Positions 36,379-44,964 are shown, counted from the first letter of the stretch. The stretch: DNA of 64,000 nucleotides from Clostridia bacterium (GCA_017561145.1 JAFZDO010000001.1:2935-66934), one strand, 5' to 3'. Made by a program: numbers and translations. The notes: generated from the sequence alone by a model not told the origin.

Positions 36379-36953
36379 GGTTATACCACGGTTCTATATT
36401 TGCTAATATAACTGAACTGTTGGCGAATTCAACTTTACACGAAAACGCGAATCAAAAGGTTGTCTATCTTACTGACAATATTCCATATGCTCTGTTATAT
36501 ATTTGGGATTCAAACCGTAATTTTAAACAAGGCAAGCACGTTACCGCGTGGATTAAAGAAAACCAAGTATTCTATGAGGAACAATTCCAAAATCAATTGA
36601 GAACTTTCTATGACGGTGTCAGCGGATATTTATATGCGGTAAACAATACTACATCTTTTTCCCCCGTTAACAACCGAGAAGCCATGTGGTTTTCTCCTAA
36701 TAACACAAAAATCGATATAGTTAAATATATCCCGAACGTATACGATGAACTTTGTAAATATATAAATTCAGGCGAATTGAAAGTTATTCATTTCGAGGAT
36801 GTCGATAGCGAAAGAGTTAACGATTTGTATAATTGTATCGTAGATCGAATAATATCCAAGCACTTACTTGAGAACCCCGATGATTCGGACGCGGTTTTTT
36901 ATCAAAAATTTTTTCTTGAGGCATGGGAATTAGCTAAAAGCAAAAACGTATAA
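36375..36953 (+). CDS. hypothetical protein (N-terminal LYHGS motif)
   Basis: 192 aa with AT-rich codon usage and a start overlapping the upstream stop (ATGA). RLYHGS...VVYLT is only faintly reminiscent of H-Y-E ADP-ribosyltransferase-like folds, so no assignment is made. Confidence 0.4.
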   Translation: MRLYHGSIFANITELLANSTLHENANQKVVYLTDNIPYALLYIWDSNRNFKQGKHVTAWIKENQVFYEEQFQNQLRTFYDGVSGYLYAVNNTTSFSPVNNREAMWFSPNNTKIDIVKYIPNVYDELCKYINSGELKVIHFEDVDSERVNDLYNCIVDRIISKHLLENPDDSDAVFYQKFFLEAWELAKSKNV

Positions 36954-37011
36954 TCTTTCGATTGTTCAATTCTATACCTTCTATCATCTGTTTTATTCTA
37001 CCTTTACAAAC

Positions 37012-37057
37012 AAAAACCGCAATTCTGATACAAAAGAGTTGCGGTTTTTGTTTTTTT
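37012..37057 (+). terminator. intrinsic terminator
   Basis: AACCGCAA-N17-TTGCGGTT followed by a T-run. Confidence 0.6.
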
Positions 37058-37099
37058 ATGGTATAATAGAATTACAAAAAACTAAAGGAGGCATTTTCT

Positions 37100-37528
37100 A
37101 TGAAAATATTTAATCCCGCAGATTGTAAGGAACCACCTCGAGCCGATATGTTTTTACCTGATTTTTTAAAATATTTTGGTTTTTTTCTGGATGCTGTAGC
37201 AATAGTATTCTTAGTTGCAACATTTATTACACAAATTTGGGGATTAATTATAGGAGCGCTTATTTGTGGAGGACTTGGTGTCGCAGCATGGCTTTGTTGG
37301 AAAAATCAGACAGTTCGTATCATTGATGAGGATCGCTTTGAATACACTACTTTTTTAGGAAAAACGACCGTATATAATTTCTCAGATATAAAGGCTTTGC
37401 GTGTCAATCAAGATTCCATGACATTGATTTTAACAAATGGAAAAATACATATAGAATCTATGGTACGTATGTCACAAGCTCTTGTCGACAAAATAGATCA
37501 ATCAATCGAAAAAACAAGTAGTAATTAA
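37100..37528 (+). CDS. hypothetical two-TM membrane protein
   Basis: 142 aa with AGGAGG upstream. It has two adjacent hydrophobic helices, then a small soluble domain. Confidence 0.5.
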   Translation: MKIFNPADCKEPPRADMFLPDFLKYFGFFLDAVAIVFLVATFITQIWGLIIGALICGGLGVAAWLCWKNQTVRIIDEDRFEYTTFLGKTTVYNFSDIKALRVNQDSMTLILTNGKIHIESMVRMSQALVDKIDQSIEKTSSN

Positions 37529-37561
37529 AAAGTTTTGTATCAAAATTATGGTTATTAGCCA

Positions 37562-37596
37562 AAAAGAACAACCACCAAACGGTGGTTGTTTCTTTT
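37562..37596 (+). terminator. terminator-like hairpin preceding Ser-type copy 2
   Basis: AACAACCACC-AAAC-GGTGGTTGTT plus a T-run. It is preceded by GCCA, as at the true tRNA end. Confidence 0.6.
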
Positions 37597-37601
37597 TGTT
37601 C

Positions 37602-37731
37602 TGAAGAGATTCGAAGGGCGTAAGCCAAACAGTCCGGGGGACTGTTTGGTTAGCCCCGCGGAGCAGACCGCAACGGAAGAGGCGCGGAGCGCCGCTTGGA
37701 GTTGCATTGGGCTGCGAAGGAATCTCTCCTT
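37602..37731 (+). repeat. tRNA-3'-end-terminated structured element, Ser-type copy 2
   Basis: There are 2 substitutions relative to copy 1 over the shared 126 nt. The match to the tRNA-Ser 3' end is truncated to 13 nt (GAATCTCTCCTTC). Confidence 0.8.
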
Positions 37732-37749
37732 CGACATTTTTTGCGTTAC

Positions 37750-37778
37750 CTTGACAAAATAGCTAAACTGCTATAAAA
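37750..37778 (+). promoter_or_regulatory. probable sigma-A promoter for the 37810 gene
   Basis: TTGACA (37750-55), a 17-nt spacer, then TAAAAT (37773-78). Confidence 0.45.
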
Positions 37779-37809
37779 TAATATCATCAATCCCAAAGGA
37801 GGCAGAAAA

Positions 37810-38292
37810 ATGACGATTGAACAGGCGATATATTTTAAAGTTCTGATTTGCAACGGATACCCCGAAGAGTTGTTGAAATACATTGACACCGCTTTGGAAA
37901 CGCAGGATCCGCTAAGCGACATTGTTTTGGAGATGTCTTTTGCCGCAAATGACGAAGAAAAGCTGATTTCTCTATTAAACGAGCGCATCAACAGTGTAAA
38001 GCCCGAGGAAATCGACTTCGACGGCACTTTGTTCGATATGCTTCTGGCATTCTTCAAAAGAAAATACAGAGAAGAAAATATGCCAATTGATGAGCTTGTA
38101 TATCTTATGTATAGATTCTCGCTCGTTTATGAACCATGGGACAAATGGTGGAATGCTGCAACAAGTCGCCTTTGGCACGTAATGTATTATATGCAGGATT
38201 ACTATGAATTTGGCGACAGGAATGAATTTTTGAAGATGTTGGACGACTTTTTGGATAATAAGATACCTCCCGAATCTCCGTTTTTACGATAA
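37810..38292 (+). CDS. hypothetical small helical protein
   Basis: 160 aa with AAAGGAGG upstream and AT-rich codons. No family recognised. Its size and composition resemble orphan immunity-type cassette proteins (speculative). Confidence 0.45.
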   Translation: MTIEQAIYFKVLICNGYPEELLKYIDTALETQDPLSDIVLEMSFAANDEEKLISLLNERINSVKPEEIDFDGTLFDMLLAFFKRKYREENMPIDELVYLMYRFSLVYEPWDKWWNAATSRLWHVMYYMQDYYEFGDRNEFLKMLDDFLDNKIPPESPFLR

Positions 38293-38350
38293 GAGCAATC
38301 GCATTTTACAATTGAACAGTTTTTGCGAGAAAATTCATCATTGAAAATTC

Positions 38351-38383
38351 AAAACAACCACCCAATCAGGTGGTTGTTTTTTT
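38351..38383 (+). terminator. terminator-like hairpin preceding Ser-type copy 3
   Basis: AACAACCACCC-AATC-AGGTGGTTGTT plus a T-run. Confidence 0.6.
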
Positions 38384-38388
38384 GTTTT

Positions 38389-38514
38389 GAAGAGATTCGA
38401 AGGGCGTAAGCCAAACAGTCCGGGGGACTGTTTGGTTAGCCCCGCGGAGCAGACCGCAACGGAAGAGGTGCGGAGCACCGTTTGGAGTTGCATTGGGCTG
38501 CGGAGGAATCTCTC
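38389..38514 (+). repeat. tRNA-3'-end-terminated structured element, Ser-type copy 3
   Basis: There are 4 substitutions relative to copy 1 over 126 nt. Two of them are compensatory in the GGYGC-GGA-GCRCC hairpin. The tRNA-end match is truncated to 9 nt (GAATCTCTC). Confidence 0.8.
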
Positions 38515-38578
38515 GAAAAATTTTCCAGAATGTATTTCGAGGATATTTTTCTCTTCGCTTTTCATTTTCCGTTTTAAG

Positions 38579-38607
38579 TTGAAAAGCAATTGGCATTGTG
38601 CTATAAT
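38579..38607 (+). promoter_or_regulatory. sigma-A promoter for the serine hydrolase-namZ operon
   Basis: TTGAAA (38579-84), a 17-nt spacer, then TATAAT (38602-07) with an extended TG (TGCTATAAT). Confidence 0.6.
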
Positions 38608-38628
38608 ACCAATAAAGAGGTGAAACGT

Positions 38629-39621
38629 ATGGATATAAACCGACTCCAAGCGCTTTTACAAAGAGGGCTTGACGAGGGCGCATATACCTGCTATGCGGCG
38701 GCGGTCGGATGCAAGGACGAAATATTTTTGCGCTCGTTCGGCGGTAAGAGGGCGATTTTGCCCCAAGAAGCCGAAATGACCGAGGACGTGCTTTTTGATA
38801 TGGCTTCGCTTTCGAAGCTTATCGGCACTACAATGGCGGCATTGAAGCTTATTGAATGCGGCAAGCTTCGGCTCGACAACAAAATGAGCGACTTTTTTAG
38901 AGGTTGCCACGGTAAGGAAAACACAACTGTTTTTCAGTTGATGACGCACACCTCGGGCATAAAGGCGCACTTCCCTCTTTGGCTTCGCGGAATCGATCCG
39001 AGCGATGCCGAAAAGGAAATTCTGCGCGAGCCGTTTGGATATACTCCCGAAAGCAACGCCGTTTATACCTGTATGGGCTATATTTTGCTTGGTCGGATTC
39101 TTGAAAGGATAGAAGGTCAACCGCTTGACAAGATAGTACAAAAATACGTTTTCGACCCGTTGTCGATGAAAAACAGCTTTTATAATCCGCCGAGCAACAA
39201 AGCTTGCGCCGCTACCGAAAAAAGCGCGGCTACGGGCGAGATAATTTGCGGAAGCGTACACGACGAAAACGCCGATTTTTTAAACGGAATTTCGGGCAAC
39301 GCGGGCGTTTTTTGCAGTCTTGACGATTGCATTACCTTTGCGAAAATGATTTCAAACGGGGCAAAGGACTATCTTCCCGAGGAGCTTTTCAGTGCGGCTA
39401 TACACGGCTACACCCCTCAGTTTGAAGAAAACCGCGGGCTCGGCTTTAATATCGTCGGCAACCGTATCGGACACACGGGATTTACGGGTACCGCGATATA
39501 CGTTGGAAAGGAAAGCGGTGTTTTTGCAATTTTGCTTACAAACCGCGTTCACCCGACGAGAAACAATGGCAAGCTTTTCCCGATAAGAAACGAATGGCAC
39601 AGACAGATTTTCGGTGAATGA
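38629..39621 (+). CDS. beta-lactamase-family serine hydrolase (AmiE/YbbE-like candidate)
   Basis: The ATG at 38629 follows AAAGAGG. It has the SxxK motif MASLSKLIG, plus HTSG and HTGFTGT motifs typical of class-C-like serine hydrolases. Confidence 0.7.
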   Translation: MDINRLQALLQRGLDEGAYTCYAAAVGCKDEIFLRSFGGKRAILPQEAEMTEDVLFDMASLSKLIGTTMAALKLIECGKLRLDNKMSDFFRGCHGKENTTVFQLMTHTSGIKAHFPLWLRGIDPSDAEKEILREPFGYTPESNAVYTCMGYILLGRILERIEGQPLDKIVQKYVFDPLSMKNSFYNPPSNKACAATEKSAATGEIICGSVHDENADFLNGISGNAGVFCSLDDCITFAKMISNGAKDYLPEELFSAAIHGYTPQFEENRGLGFNIVGNRIGHTGFTGTAIYVGKESGVFAILLTNRVHPTRNNGKLFPIRNEWHRQIFGE

Positions 39622-40771
39622 TATGAAAAAAGTCAGCGTTTTAAACGGCATCGACCGTATCGACGAATATTTTTATCTGCTCGACGGACTTAAAATCGGT
39701 CTTATTACCAACCCGACGGGCAGAAACAAGGATTTTAAGGAAACTGCGGATATTCTTGCCGAGAAGGGGCTTCTTAAATGTCTTTTCTCGCCCGAGCACG
39801 GAGTGCGCGGCGGTGCGACCGCAGGCGCGCATATTTCCGATTGCATCGACGAAAAGACGGGTGTGCCGAGCTATAGCCTTTACGGAGCCTCGCTTCATAT
39901 ACGCGACGAGGTTTTAAAGGAGCTCGATGCGGTTGCTTTTGATATTCAGGACGTCGGCGCAAGGTTTTACACCTATATCTATACCCTCTCGTACGCGATG
40001 GAGGATTGCGTCAAGGCGGGAAAGAGATTTATCGTTTTCGACAGAATTAACCCCGTTGGCGGCGCTTGCGCGCAGGGCAGTGTGCTTGACCGAAAATTCT
40101 CCTCGTTCGTGGGCAGATATCCGATCGCAACGCGCCACGGATTTACCGTCGGCGAATTTGCACGCTTTATCAACGAAGTCGAGGGCATTGGCTGTGACCT
40201 TACCGTGATACCCGTAAAGGGCTGGACACGCGAAATATATTTTGACGATACCGACCTTATCTTCATTCCGCCCTCGCCGAATATACCAACTGTTGAAAGC
40301 TGCTTTGCATATCTTGCGACCTGCCTTTTCGAGGGCACTAACGTTTCGGAGGGGCGCGGCACGGCAAAGCCGTTTGAGTTTATCGGCGCGCCTTGGTTAG
40401 ATCACGAGCGTATTTGCGAAGAAATGAACGCATTAAAGCTTTCGGGCGTTAAATTCCGTCCCTGCTTTTTCACTCCGACCGCGTCGAAGCACGCAAATAC
40501 CGAATGCAAGGGCATTCAGCTTCATATAACCGACCGCAGAAGCTTTAACCCCTTTGAATCGGGCTTGCATTTGCTTGATTTGATACGCAAAACACACGTT
40601 GAGTTTGAATTTATTGCGCCCTATTCGCAAAACGCAAATTATTTTATCGATCTGCTCTTGGGCAGCGACGAATTGCGGCGTGACGGCTTTGACGTTGATG
40701 AATTTTTAAAGAAGCAAAACGAAAAGCTGAAAGAATATACGGCTAAAATCGAAAAATTTTACTTATATTAA
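39614..40771 (+). CDS. namZ: DUF1343 / exo-beta-N-acetylmuramidase NamZ-like protein
   Basis: Contains IGLITNPTGRN and LFSPEHGVRG. The start overlaps the upstream gene by 8 nt. Confidence 0.7.
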   Translation: MNDMKKVSVLNGIDRIDEYFYLLDGLKIGLITNPTGRNKDFKETADILAEKGLLKCLFSPEHGVRGGATAGAHISDCIDEKTGVPSYSLYGASLHIRDEVLKELDAVAFDIQDVGARFYTYIYTLSYAMEDCVKAGKRFIVFDRINPVGGACAQGSVLDRKFSSFVGRYPIATRHGFTVGEFARFINEVEGIGCDLTVIPVKGWTREIYFDDTDLIFIPPSPNIPTVESCFAYLATCLFEGTNVSEGRGTAKPFEFIGAPWLDHERICEEMNALKLSGVKFRPCFFTPTASKHANTECKGIQLHITDRRSFNPFESGLHLLDLIRKTHVEFEFIAPYSQNANYFIDLLLGSDELRRDGFDVDEFLKKQNEKLKEYTAKIEKFYLY

Positions 40772-40803
40772 AGAAAAATACGGGAGAAATTCTCCCGTAT
40801 TTT

Positions 40804-42609
40804 TTAGTTAAATTGTGAATTATAAAGCGTGCTGTAGAAGCCGCCCTTTTTGAGCAATTCGTCGTGATTGCCGATCTCGGTGATTCTGCCGTTCTGAAGA
40901 ACGATTATCTTGTCGGCATTTTGAATTGTCGAAAGTCGGTGCGCGATGATAAAGCAGGTTCTGCCCTTCATCAGCTCGGTCATTGCCTCTTGTATCTTTA
41001 TCTCGGTGCGAGAGTCGACGTTCGATGTCGCTTCGTCGAGAATAAGCATTTGCGAATCGGCTATCATCGCACGTGCGATGGTGATAAGCTGGCGCTGACC
41101 CTTTGAAATGTTAACGCCGTCGTCGGTAAGCACGGTGTTATATCCGTCGGGCAGGCTTTCGATAAAGCTATCTATCCTTGCGGCGCGCGCGGCTGCCTTA
41201 ACCTCTTCAAGCGTTGCGCCCTCGCGGCCGTACGCGATATTTTCATAGATCGTACCGCAAAACAGCCAGGTGTCCTGAAGCACCATCGTGTAGGCTTTTC
41301 TTAACGATTCGCGCGTGATATCCCTCTCGTCGATGCCGTCGACGGTTATTTTGCCGCCGTTTACGTCGTAAAAGCGCATAAGAAGCGAGATGATCGTCGT
41401 TTTACCTGCGCCCGTCGGGCCTACTATTGCGATGGTTTTGCCTTGAAGCGCATCAAACGTTATGCCGTGGAGTATCTCCTTTTCGGGGGTATAGCCGAAG
41501 GTAACGTCTTGAAATTCAACGTCGCCCTTTGCTTTGTGAAGCGTGATAGCGTCGTCCGAATCGGTTTTCTCGGGTTGCTCGTCGAGGATCGCAAAAACGC
41601 GGTCGGCGGCGGAAAATGCCGATTGGAATTCCGAAATGATGTTTGCAAATTCGTTTATCGGGCCTGCAAACTTGCGCGAATACTGAACGAACTGCGCAAC
41701 ACCGCCGAGCGAAATGAAGAACAGCGAGCCGACAGCCGCTTCGCCGCTTTGCGAATAGAGATAAAGAATTCCGCCGAACATCGTGACGAGCGAGATCGAA
41801 ATGTTGTTGATAAAGTTGACCGAGGGGCCCATTGCCGCACCGTAATAATCGGCTTCGTAATAGGCGTCCATCGAATCGGTATTGCGCTTATTGAAGCGCG
41901 AGCCTATTTCGTTTTCTCGGTTATATGCGCGTATAGAGCCGCAACCGGAAAGCATTTCCTCGGCATATCCGTTCAATTCGCCGAGCTTTTTCGAGCGTTT
42001 TCTGAAAAGCGGACGCACACGCTTTGCGCGGTAGCGCGTAAAGAGTATCGACGCAGGCACAGTTACAAGGAACACCGCGATAAGCGGCTTTGAGATGTTC
42101 CACATAAACACAAGCGAGCCGATAACGGTATACAAGCTCGTCATTACCTGCACAAGATCGTGCGAGAGCGTCGAATTGATAGTGTCGATATCATAGGAAA
42201 TATGGCTTATGATGTCGCCTGTCGGGTGAGTATCAAAATATCCGACGGGCAAGGAGGTAAGCTTTTCAAAAAGCTGTTTTCTCATCGTATATACTATTTT
42301 TTGGCTGAGCTTTATCATAATGACCGCCAAAAGATAGGATATCACGGCGGATGCGATATAGCACAAAAGCATATAGACGAGATTTTCGGCGACGACCGCC
42401 GTATCAACTCCGCTCTCCGATGCTATCGCATCGATAGCAAGACCCGAATATTTGGGGCCCATAAGCGAAAGCTGGTTTGCAAAAAGAGTCATGATCACAG
42501 CAGGTATAAAGATATACCAATATTTCAAAACGTATCCGCAGAGCCTTAAAAGGATGCCTTTGGTTTTTCTTTCCTGCTTGCCTGCTTCGGGCTTATTCAA
42601 CGAAAGCAC
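40804..42609 (-). CDS. ABC exporter, fused permease/ATPase subunit
   Basis: 601 aa with six N-terminal TM helices. Walker A is GPTGAGKTT, the signature is ISKGQRQ, and Walker B is LILDEATS. Confidence 0.85.
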   Translation of the reverse strand: MLSLNKPEAGKQERKTKGILLRLCGYVLKYWYIFIPAVIMTLFANQLSLMGPKYSGLAIDAIASESGVDTAVVAENLVYMLLCYIASAVISYLLAVIMIKLSQKIVYTMRKQLFEKLTSLPVGYFDTHPTGDIISHISYDIDTINSTLSHDLVQVMTSLYTVIGSLVFMWNISKPLIAVFLVTVPASILFTRYRAKRVRPLFRKRSKKLGELNGYAEEMLSGCGSIRAYNRENEIGSRFNKRNTDSMDAYYEADYYGAAMGPSVNFINNISISLVTMFGGILYLYSQSGEAAVGSLFFISLGGVAQFVQYSRKFAGPINEFANIISEFQSAFSAADRVFAILDEQPEKTDSDDAITLHKAKGDVEFQDVTFGYTPEKEILHGITFDALQGKTIAIVGPTGAGKTTIISLLMRFYDVNGGKITVDGIDERDITRESLRKAYTMVLQDTWLFCGTIYENIAYGREGATLEEVKAAARAARIDSFIESLPDGYNTVLTDDGVNISKGQRQLITIARAMIADSQMLILDEATSNVDSRTEIKIQEAMTELMKGRTCFIIAHRLSTIQNADKIIVLQNGRITEIGNHDELLKKGGFYSTLYNSQFN

Positions 42610-44314
42610 CTCCCATCTGGGATTCGCTTATTTCACGGTATTCCTCACAGCTGTCGAGCAGATCGTTATGATTGCCCATACCGATAATTTCGCCCTCGTC
42701 GAGCACGATGATCATATCGCAATCCTTTACCGAGCTTACGCGCTGAGCAACCGTAATAACCGTCGTTTCGCCGAGCGATTCCGAAAGCGCGCTTCTTAAA
42801 GCGGCGTCGGTTTTATAGTCGAGCGCCGACGAGGAATCGTCGAGTATCAGTATCTCGGGCTTGGAGGCAAGCGCACGCGAAATAAGTATCCTTTGCTTCT
42901 GTCCGCCCGAAATATTGCTTCCGTGCGGTGTGAGAAGGTGGTCGTATCCTTCGGCAAAATCGGTGATAAAGCCGTCTGCCTGTGCGATCCTTGCGGCGGC
43001 TATAACCGACTCGTCATCGATCTCCCTGCCGAAGCGGATGTTTTCCGCGATAGTATCGGCATAAAGGAAGTCCTGCTGCATCGCAGAGCCGAACATCGCG
43101 TAAAACCGTGATTTTTCAATCGTTTTTATGTTTTCGCCGTTGATAAATATCGAGCCGTTGCTCACGTCGTAAAAGCGAAGCAAAAGCTTAATAAGCGTCG
43201 TCTTGCCCGAGCCTGTCGCGCCGATTATTCCCAACCGACCGCCCTTGGGGAGCGAAAACGAAATGCTTTTAAGGTTATCCTTTACACCCTTGTAGGAAAA
43301 GGAAACGTTATCGAATACGATATGGTCACCGTCAGCCTTATCGGGGAATTCGCTCTTGTCGTAAACCTTAATGTCCTCGTCGGCATCGAACACCTCGCTT
43401 ATACGTCTTGCCGATGCGGCACACTTCGTGTACATAACGAACATTCGCGTTACCGACATCATCGCCATCGAAATGAGCGTGAAATACTGCATAAAAGCAA
43501 CGACTGTTTCGGGGTTGGAAAGCCCCGACTCGACTCTGCCGCTTGCCAATGCGATAACGGCGACCGAGCCGACGTTCATCAAAACCGTCATTATCGGGTT
43601 GACGCTGCCCATTACGACGCCTGCGCGCGTTTCGTCCTTGATAAGCGCGGAATTTACCGCATCGTAACGGCGATGCTCGTAATCGGTCTTTGAAAGCGCC
43701 TTGATAACGCGTATTCCCTGCGCATCCTCACGCACTACACGTATCATCCCGTCGACAGATTTCTGAACCCTTGTATAAAGAGGCACGCCCTTTTTCGAAA
43801 TGAAATAAACCGTTATGAAAATAAAAGGAAGAACGGCTATCATCGCAAGCGCAAGATATGCATCCATAAACAGAGTGATGCCGATGCCGCCGATAAGCAT
43901 TATCGGAGCACGCACGCCGAGGCGTTGCATCATATTTACAAAGTGGTGGACGTTGTACGTATCGGTCGTGATACGCGATTCGAGCGAGGGGATCGTGAAT
44001 TTATCGGTCTGGGACGCAGAAAGCCGAAGGGTCTTTATAAACAGATCCTTTCGCATGCTTTCGGCAAAATTCCGCGAAACACGCGCCGCCATTCGGTTTG
44101 CGACGATATTGCAAACGCAGGCGATAACCGCGCAGACGAGCATTGCACCACCCCAAAAAAGAATGTCTTTTACCGATTTTGTAATGACGTTTTTAAGTAT
44201 ATGGGTGAGTATGTACGGAATCAAAAGCTCGACGACCGTGCCTGCGGTTTTTATTAAAAACCCAACGGTCATCCGTCGGTAGAATCCGCGAAGATATTTA
44301 AAGAGTATTTTCAT
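42593..44314 (-). CDS. ABC exporter, fused permease/ATPase subunit (heterodimer partner)
   Basis: 573 aa. Walker A is GATGSGKTT, the signature is ISGGQKQR, and Walker B is LILDDSSS. It overlaps its partner by 17 nt. Confidence 0.85.
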   Translation of the reverse strand: MKILFKYLRGFYRRMTVGFLIKTAGTVVELLIPYILTHILKNVITKSVKDILFWGGAMLVCAVIACVCNIVANRMAARVSRNFAESMRKDLFIKTLRLSASQTDKFTIPSLESRITTDTYNVHHFVNMMQRLGVRAPIMLIGGIGITLFMDAYLALAMIAVLPFIFITVYFISKKGVPLYTRVQKSVDGMIRVVREDAQGIRVIKALSKTDYEHRRYDAVNSALIKDETRAGVVMGSVNPIMTVLMNVGSVAVIALASGRVESGLSNPETVVAFMQYFTLISMAMMSVTRMFVMYTKCAASARRISEVFDADEDIKVYDKSEFPDKADGDHIVFDNVSFSYKGVKDNLKSISFSLPKGGRLGIIGATGSGKTTLIKLLLRFYDVSNGSIFINGENIKTIEKSRFYAMFGSAMQQDFLYADTIAENIRFGREIDDESVIAAARIAQADGFITDFAEGYDHLLTPHGSNISGGQKQRILISRALASKPEILILDDSSSALDYKTDAALRSALSESLGETTVITVAQRVSSVKDCDMIIVLDEGEIIGMGNHNDLLDSCEEYREISESQMGGAFVE

Positions 44315-44736
44315 TTTACTTCCTCGATCTCGATCGCCTTGTTAAGCATTTTGTCAAGTATTTCGTGGAAGCGCTTCAATTCCTCCGCGTCGATGCCCTC
44401 GGCGAGTCTTGAATTCCAGTCAACGGTGATATTCTTGACCTCGGGCAGGATATCAAACATCTTTTGCGTCGGGAAAACCAAGGTTTCGCGCTTGTCCGAA
44501 TCGCTCGTGCGGCGTTCTACGTAGCCTTCAAGCTCTAAATGCGCAAGATGTCGCGTGACGTTGGATTTGTTGATACAAAGGTATTGCACAAGCTTTTCCT
44601 GCGGAAGTCCGGGGTTCTTGCATATCGCAAGAACGTAGCTGTGGTAAATTCCCGCAAGGCCGACGGTTGACTTTTCGGTGCGGTAATTCGCCTCGCATCG
44701 GCTGATAATGTTCATTTTTCGCATTATTGTTGCCAT
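44311..44736 (-). CDS. MarR-family transcriptional regulator
   Basis: 141 aa with the winged HTH LPQEKLVQYLCINKSNVTRHLAHLELEGYVERR. The stop overlaps the ABC gene start. Confidence 0.8.
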   Translation of the reverse strand: MATIMRKMNIISRCEANYRTEKSTVGLAGIYHSYVLAICKNPGLPQEKLVQYLCINKSNVTRHLAHLELEGYVERRTSDSDKRETLVFPTQKMFDILPEVKNITVDWNSRLAEGIDAEELKRFHEILDKMLNKAIEIEEVK

Positions 44737-44754
44737 TTTTTACCTCTACAAAAT

Positions 44755-44787
44755 TAGTTGCATTTAAAACCGTTTCATTTGCAACTA
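44755..44787. promoter_or_regulatory. inverted repeat, candidate MarR operator
   Basis: TAGTTGCA (44755-62) and TGCAACTA (44780-87), about 20 nt upstream of the marR start. Confidence 0.45.
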
Positions 44788-44837
44788 TCTTAGCATAATT
44801 TTTTTCGTCTGTCAACAAAGTACTGACCCAAAAAATG

Positions 44838-44866
44838 TTGACAAACAAAAAAAGATGTGATATATT
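44838..44866 (+). promoter_or_regulatory. sigma-A promoter of tRNA-Glu
   Basis: TTGACA (44838-43), a 17-nt spacer, then TATATT (44861-66) with an extended TG. Confidence 0.6.
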
Positions 44867-44886
44867 ATTGTAGCAATAAGAAATAC

Positions 44887-44961
44887 GGCCTGTTAGTCAA
44901 GTGGTCAAGACGTCGCCCTCTCACGGCGAAGGCAGGGGTTCGACTCCCCTACGGGTCACCA
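44887..44961 (+). tRNA. tRNA-Glu (anticodon CTC), CCA encoded
   Basis: Manual fold. Acceptor GGCCTGT/ACGGGTC (two G-T pairs), anticodon stem TCGCC/GGCGA with loop CTCTCAC, T-arm GGGG-TTCGACT-CCCC, then ACCA. It closely resembles Bacillus-type tRNA-Glu. Confidence 0.88.
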
Positions 44962-44964
44962 CGA

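Noticed and set aside
37598-37620. Hammerhead-like CUGAAGAG...CGAA at the 5' end of element copy 2
   Set aside because: The C of CUGA is absent in copies 1 and 3 (UUGAAGAG). No stem II/III arrangement or GAAA/UH site fits. I also could not fit twister, twister-sister, pistol, hatchet or HDV-like cores from memory.
38629-39621. Beta-lactamase as an antibiotic-resistance cargo of the islet
   Set aside because: Its GC content and codon usage are host-like. It lies outside the last element copy and overlaps a NamZ-like gene, which fits cell-wall recycling rather than acquired resistance.
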